Below, in pieces: positions 14,191 through 18,188 of a DNA stretch of 18,188 bases. Origin of the DNA: a virus (lineage: Duplodnaviria > Heunggongvirae > Uroviricota > Caudoviricetes); IMG/VR virus record IMGVR_UViG_2671181094_000006. One strand, 5' to 3'. Within the stretch, counting starts at the first letter, position 1. Each line of letters opens with the position of its first letter. The notes below the pieces were generated by a model, which saw nothing but the letters and a program-made list of their open reading frames with translations, had not been told where the DNA came from and ran no database searches. The position numbers and the translations under genes were made by a program.

Positions 14191-14254
14191 AAGGTGTTTA
14201 AATACCTTATATCAAGGTGTTTAAATACGTCAAGCCAAAAGTATTTAAACACTT
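14191..14254. promoter_or_regulatory. Three near-palindromic operators in the divergent control region
   Basis: AAGGTGTTTAAATAC occurs at 14191-14205 and again at 14214-14228. The exact reverse complement of the 12-mer (GTATTTAAACAC) lies at 14241-14252. Centres are spaced 23 and 24 bp. The sites lie between the icd-like operon (minus strand) and the RHH gene (plus strand). Confidence 0.65.
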
Positions 14255-14316
14255 CACAAATCTGTAGAGATGATTTATTTTCTCTAGTGTTAAAACACCA
14301 ACAGGAATCATCTTCA

Positions 14317-14520
14317 ATGGCTACAGGGCACAGAAACAACAAGTCTGCATACAAGGGAATCAGATTCCCATATGAATTGGTTGAGGAAATTGACGCCAGC
14401 GTAGAGCGAGAGAAAGCCGAAAACTCCGGGGCCAATTTCTCCGCATGGGTGCTGGATGCCTGCGGACGTAAGCTCAAATCAGAGCAGCGCAAAAAATCCA
14501 AAGCTGAGCCAGAGGCATGA
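14317..14520 (+). CDS. YlcI/YnfO-family (DUF3950-like) ribbon-helix-helix protein, 67 aa; candidate island repressor
   Basis: MATGHRNNKSAYKGIRFPYELVEEIDASVEREKAENSGANFSAWVLDACGRKL resembles E. coli YlcI as I recall it (..RNIRFPNQMIEQINIALEQKGSGNFSAWVIEACRRRL). It is the only plus-strand gene in this half and sits next to the operators. Confidence 0.72.
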   Translation: MATGHRNNKSAYKGIRFPYELVEEIDASVEREKAENSGANFSAWVLDACGRKLKSEQRKKSKAEPEA

Positions 14521-14662
14521 GTTATGCCTGACTCAACACGGTGTAAATGGCGAGACGCAATCGCTGTTGTTTTTTTAGTTGCAACTGCGTATTCCTCATA
14601 CTGGATAGTTAAGGCTATCGTGTCGCTAATCAGGTAACTGAGTTGGAAAAGCATAAAGCAGA

Positions 14663-14690
14663 GGGTAGGATTCGGAATCCTGCCCTTTTT
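14663..14690 (+). terminator. Intrinsic terminator, plus strand
   Basis: 10-bp stem GGGTAGGATT / AATCCTGCCC with one G-U pair, followed by TTTTT (14686-14690). Confidence 0.6.
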
Positions 14691-14866
14691 CCTCAAAGTG
14701 AGGACTGGTGGAATAATCAATGACTTAGGCACAAAGCGCCATTTTACGCTTTGCCATAAAAACAATGAGAAATCTACCAGAATGCAAATTTGCACTCTGT
14801 TCAGACTTTGACCATCAGCATTAACCCTGGTATGCTTAATCTGTTTCGGTTTTTCGTAGTGACATT

Positions 14867-14895
14867 GGCAGCTCTGCAAAGCTGCCTTTGTTTTA
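14867..14895 (+). terminator. Second plus-strand intrinsic terminator, abutting the bro stop codon
   Basis: Perfect stem GGCAGCT (14867-14873) / AGCTGCC (14880-14886) with a 6-nt loop, followed by TTTGTTTTA. Confidence 0.5.
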
Positions 14896-15510
14896 TGCAT
14901 CATCTTCAACGCCCTCCAGCAATCCGGGTTGATACTTTCTCCATAATCCAATTTCTTCCATCTCAAGACGGGCTTTCTCTCCTTTGCACGCCTGTAGGTC
15001 GCTACCGCACTTACTGGCTTTCTTTGTGTACTGATCCTTGCGGCGACTGAAGTCATTTAGGAATGAGAACGGGACGCCGTATGAACCGGTTTTACGTATT
15101 GACGGGATTACTTCGCGGAACACCCAGTTTGTAAATCTGTGGGCAAACGAGCCTGTAGTAGAAGCTTTACGACTACGGGCAATCAGTTTATAAAAGCCTG
15201 ATTCTGCGGCCATATTCCAGCTACGTGCTCCACCACGTTTACCCGAATGACCCTCAGTTAAAGTTAGGGTCATTACCTCGTCGCCATCCAGAGAGGCAAC
15301 GGCACTGGTTGGATTGCTGATTTCCAGCGCCTGGCACACATCAGATACAACGAACCACGGCTCACCGAAAACATTCACGATCCTGACCGTGCGGCCTTCA
15401 AATTTAATTACTGAAATATCATTTTCACTTGCCGTGAAATTAGCCTTTTTGCTGGCTTCAGGGTGAGTCTTGCCGCTGCCAGTTAAGGCAGTAAATTTTT
15501 TCTGAGTCAT
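14893..15510 (-). CDS. Bro-N domain protein (antirepressor-like), 205 aa
   Basis: FEGRTVRIVNVFGEPWFVVSDVCQALEISNPTSAVASLDGDE is the classic Bro-N signature. Confidence 0.85.
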   Translation of the reverse strand: MTQKKFTALTGSGKTHPEASKKANFTASENDISVIKFEGRTVRIVNVFGEPWFVVSDVCQALEISNPTSAVASLDGDEVMTLTLTEGHSGKRGGARSWNMAAESGFYKLIARSRKASTTGSFAHRFTNWVFREVIPSIRKTGSYGVPFSFLNDFSRRKDQYTKKASKCGSDLQACKGEKARLEMEEIGLWRKYQPGLLEGVEDDA

Positions 15511-15648
15511 TTCTATCGCTCCAAAAGTTGTTATTCAGAGCTGCCGCGACAGCGTTAGGTATGCTGCAATATTTCTAACGCAACACCACGCAACAAATTT
15601 TCTTTTCGCTGATCAGACGAAGTTGCGTGTGGTTGCATTGGCCTTGTG

Positions 15649-15933
15649 TTAGGCCGATTTACGGCTATATGGGTTATTGACGTTAGGTACAGCAGGGGGA
15701 TTACGAACCCACCAGAGCACATCGGACAAAAGCCAGGCGCAGCTATTGCGGCCAAAGTGGCAGCGCGGAGGAAAGCGGCCCTCTTGCTCCATCTTCCAAC
15801 GACTGGAGCGGGAAAGGCTTGTGATTTCGCCACATTCATCTTCACGAATCCGGCGATCAAACTTGAAGCCGTACTCCTCAAGAAGGTTACGGCGTTGTTC
15901 GGGGTTAGGTGGGGTAAAGATAATATTGTTCAT
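15649..15933 (-). CDS. alpA: AlpA-family transcriptional regulator / excisionase-like HTH protein
   Basis: I chose the ATG at 15933, with GGAGG 5 nt upstream. RRIREDECGEITSLSRSSRWKMEQEGRFPPRCHFGRNSCAWLLSDVLWWV fits the AlpA pattern (LSRST.Y....G.FP.P...G.R...W..S.V..W.). Confidence 0.85.
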   Translation of the reverse strand: MNNIIFTPPNPEQRRNLLEEYGFKFDRRIREDECGEITSLSRSSRWKMEQEGRFPPRCHFGRNSCAWLLSDVLWWVRNPPAVPNVNNPYSRKSA

Positions 15934-16029
15934 ACTGCCTCCACTGTTTCTAGGTTTGTGGAGGTTATTGTTATCAATCAAAAAGAACTTGTCTGAAATA
16001 TTCCGGAAAATTAACGGAATTTCCGCAGA

Positions 16030-16869
16030 TTACTCATCGACAGAGAAAGGGATATCAACATTATCAACCCATCCCTGAACAGCCCTTCCTGAGGGTGCCA
16101 CGATGTTAAGATTTTTAAAATCTTTGCTTATATCACTGTCATTTTTATCAAGAAATCGGCGCGGATTTTCTGCCACCTCGTTTCCATAATGAATGCGCAA
16201 AAGCGACTTTATAAACTGAGCACGTTTATTTATGGTTTTTGCTGAGTGAGCTTCATCGGGATTTTTTGACGGTTCTATCTTTTCTTTTTCACCATTAATA
16301 TAACTTGGAAATTCATCACCATCATTACATTTTTTAATTGAAACAAAATCAGATTTAGAAATATAGAGATCTTCAACCTCGAAATTAAGAAATTCATCCG
16401 TTTCAAAAGAAACAAACATCTTGCTTTCTGCCGAAAACCAAAAATCATCCAAGCTTGGTTGGAAACTGTAAAGTGCGGTCATTCCGTATGCATTTTGCGG
16501 TAAAGCCCATAATCCGCTAAATGAGCAGGGATAAAACCTTTCTTCGCGTGGGAGGTTATCTAAATCTATATCTTCATATCTCATTAATGAGACAACTCTG
16601 GAAAATTTATCGATGGTATATTTTTCTTTAAAAAGTTCATCTCTGAGACGTTGAGCAGATTCAAATTGTTCCTCTGTGAATCTCTTTAAATTCCTTTCTT
16701 CTTTTTCTACACCATCACCAATAAAACGGACATATCCGCGGCCTTCCTCAAAAGAAACATACAACTTGATTGCTCCAATCGAAGCCCAATGAAGCAAATC
16801 TTCAACTTTACATCCGAGCAACTCAGCAGCGCGAACTACTGAGTAATATTCCCGTAATGGCATTCCCAT
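16030..16869 (-). CDS. AT-rich hypothetical protein (279 aa) with an N-terminal MerR/excisionase-like HTH
   Basis: The ATG at 16869 has a GAGGGTG SD. The N-terminus is YYSVVRAAELLGCKVEDLLHWASIGAIKLYV. I do not recognise the rest. It is visibly AT-rich relative to int and alpA on either side. Confidence 0.78.
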   Translation of the reverse strand: MGMPLREYYSVVRAAELLGCKVEDLLHWASIGAIKLYVSFEEGRGYVRFIGDGVEKEERNLKRFTEEQFESAQRLRDELFKEKYTIDKFSRVVSLMRYEDIDLDNLPREERFYPCSFSGLWALPQNAYGMTALYSFQPSLDDFWFSAESKMFVSFETDEFLNFEVEDLYISKSDFVSIKKCNDGDEFPSYINGEKEKIEPSKNPDEAHSAKTINKRAQFIKSLLRIHYGNEVAENPRRFLDKNDSDISKDFKNLNIVAPSGRAVQGWVDNVDIPFSVDE

Positions 16870-16961
16870 ATCGTCACCCTCAACGCCCCTAAATAACTTG
16901 CGGGCCAGGCGGGTAGGGTTTCCCGCTTTTCGGTTGGCCGACCTAGACCCGCAATATCAGT

Positions 16962-18188
16962 TTAATCTCTATTCGCTACAGGTAACAGAACCACATTTTT
17001 ATGATTACCCGCAAGAAGTTCTAAACGTTCATGCCATTTGTTCAGCGCATCCAGCTTCTCCGGCAAGTACAGGCTACGGTTATATATAGCCATGACGCCC
17101 GGTAGAGCATGACCCAGCAGCAACTCTACAATATGCGGTGCTATGCCCATATTGTTTAACCCCGTGGAGAACGTGCGCCGCAGATCGTGAAGTGTCCACG
17201 GCTCGTTATGATGGAAATCTTTAAAAAGCCGTCGCCCTTTCAAAGATACAGCTTGCCGGGTGCGCTCTTCTCCCAGCAGCAGGCCTGTTTTACCCGTCTC
17301 GCGTTTTAACTCTTCCAGCCACGGGCGTATAGCTTCAGGGATTGATCTCACGATTTTCTCGCGGGTTTTGCTGTGCTCTTTCGGGACTGTCCAAATCCAC
17401 GAGGTAAAATCCCACTCCGACCATCGAGAGAGGCGAACTTCCATCGTTCGAGCGCCAAACAGCACCAGCATTTTGAGAAGACGTGAATAATACGGCTGCT
17501 GATCATCGCTGTCTGTGCAGCGCCATACATCGGCCAGCTCGCTATCTGACAATACGCGGTCACGTTGACCGGATGGCTGGCCTACATCCTGAATGGTGAG
17601 AAAGGCTAGAGCATCACTGGCGGCATAGCGGCGAACCTTGCAGAAGCGTAACGCCTGTTTAGAAATCTGGAACATGCGGCCGGCGGTCATGGGTTTGGTC
17701 AGATTTATTTCATCAAAACAGGCCACCCAATGACGGGTTTCACATCTGGTGAGGGGATAACGACCAAGGCGCGGGTAAATATGCTTGCGTAGCTGTGCCC
17801 TTACCAGCTCCTCATCGCTGCGCTTTCTCCTGGCGTAGTTCACCAGCCAGTATTCGAGAGCATCCTGTACTGTCACAGGTTTAAGCGTTTCTTCGGTGCT
17901 CAGTTCAAGCTCTGTTTTTGGATCAAGACCACCAGCCAGCCACTGGCGACACTTTTCCCGCTTTTCTCTCGCCGCTTTTAGCGACAAATCCGGGTAACGG
18001 CCAAGCGTTAAACGTTCGAGTTTGCTACCCCTTCCGCCCAATCGGTAAGCGAACACCCAGCTAACGTTACCTTGCTTCGAAACCTTAATGCTCAGTCCTT
18101 CACCATCGGCAATCATGATCGGTGCTTCACGCTCAGAACCCTGCAGCGCTTTTAGCTTTTTGTCGCTCAGTTTGTTTGTACCAGCCAT
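16962..18188 (-). CDS. P4-type tyrosine integrase (full length; the start codon is the last three bases of the window)
   Basis: N-terminal arm-type domain (LSDKKLKAL...GEGLSIKVSKQGNVSWVFAYRLGG...LGRYPDLSLKAAREK). Catalytic residues ARTMEVRLSRW, HDLRRT, LLGH, and Y in AIYNRS. Confidence 0.95.
   Translation of the reverse strand: MAGTNKLSDKKLKALQGSEREAPIMIADGEGLSIKVSKQGNVSWVFAYRLGGRGSKLERLTLGRYPDLSLKAAREKREKCRQWLAGGLDPKTELELSTEETLKPVTVQDALEYWLVNYARRKRSDEELVRAQLRKHIYPRLGRYPLTRCETRHWVACFDEINLTKPMTAGRMFQISKQALRFCKVRRYAASDALAFLTIQDVGQPSGQRDRVLSDSELADVWRCTDSDDQQPYYSRLLKMLVLFGARTMEVRLSRWSEWDFTSWIWTVPKEHSKTREKIVRSIPEAIRPWLEELKRETGKTGLLLGEERTRQAVSLKGRRLFKDFHHNEPWTLHDLRRTFSTGLNNMGIAPHIVELLLGHALPGVMAIYNRSLYLPEKLDALNKWHERLELLAGNHKNVVLLPVANRD

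Larger units (their letters stand above)
717..18188. mobile_element. Integrated phage satellite / PICI-like island with a P4-type integrase (minimum extent). The left boundary lies somewhere in 538-754 and the right boundary is beyond the window.
   Basis: The gene set is int, alpA, bro, icd-like, primase-helicase, iteron ori, ssb, perC-like, Nu1-like HTH, and tail fibre plus tfa. No capsid, portal, large terminase or lysis genes are present. Composition is visibly mosaic, with AT-rich genes at both ends. It abuts the housekeeping gene hpt. Confidence 0.8.

Noticed and set aside
13881-15056. 391-aa minus-strand ORF, the second-longest in the right half
   Set aside because: It runs through the divergent operator region, antisense across the YlcI-like gene and two terminators, and into bro in another frame. 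Its composition is junk-like (Cys/Leu/Ser-rich, with no motifs). Only its last 67 codons, which have their own SD and ATG at 14084, look like a real gene (Icd-like).
15580-15636. Imperfect inverted repeat GCAACACCACGCAAC / GTTGCGTGTGGTTGC between alpA and bro, considered as a terminator or attenuator
   Set aside because: The arms have mismatches in the middle, the loop is ~27 nt, and no U-tract follows on the minus strand. The evidence is too weak for a feature call.
15555-16078. Three overlapping ORFs around alpA (15555-15881 minus, 15646-15996 plus, 15677-16078 plus) and the N-terminal extension of the alpA ORF to 15981
   Set aside because: The AlpA frame carries the family signature and a GGAGG-ATG start at 15933. 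The others lack any signal and overlap it completely.

Overview
The window holds one chromosomal housekeeping gene, hpt (1-537, minus strand, Escherichia-type sequence). The remaining ~17.4 kb is an integrated phage-satellite / PICI-like island that runs to the right edge, where a P4-type tyrosine integrase gene starts at 18188, so the int-proximal att site is off-window. Almost everything is on the minus strand. Reading right to left: int; an AT-rich HTH orphan; alpA; a Bro-N protein; a divergent switch (three near-palindromic operators plus a YlcI/YnfO-like RHH gene on the plus strand); an Icd-like gene; four tiny translationally coupled genes; a 208-aa unknown; a 925-aa primase-helicase; an iteron origin; ssb; a PerC-like gene; a 420-bp intergenic array of TGCG(C/A)A motifs; a zinc-ribbon protein; module B (61-aa gene, PRiA4_ORF3-like gene, convergent winged-helix gene); a six-gene operon led by a small RHH protein and ending in a mini tail fibre plus Tfa chaperone; a cos-like repeat field; a Nu1-like HTH protein; module A (a second, cargo-free copy of the winged-helix / small-gene pair); and an AT-rich orphan next to hpt. 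I see no capsid, portal, large terminase, tail-tube or lysis genes, and no tRNA, rRNA or CRISPR. The most interesting items are the satellite-borne tail-fibre operon with two paralogous unknowns, the duplicated convergent module that is empty in one copy and filled in the other, the two AT-rich orphans at the island ends, and three distinct repeat fields (ori iterons, TGCG(C/A)A array, TGTCAATCAAA field). All functional calls rest on motif recognition by eye and recalled family signatures; no database search was run.
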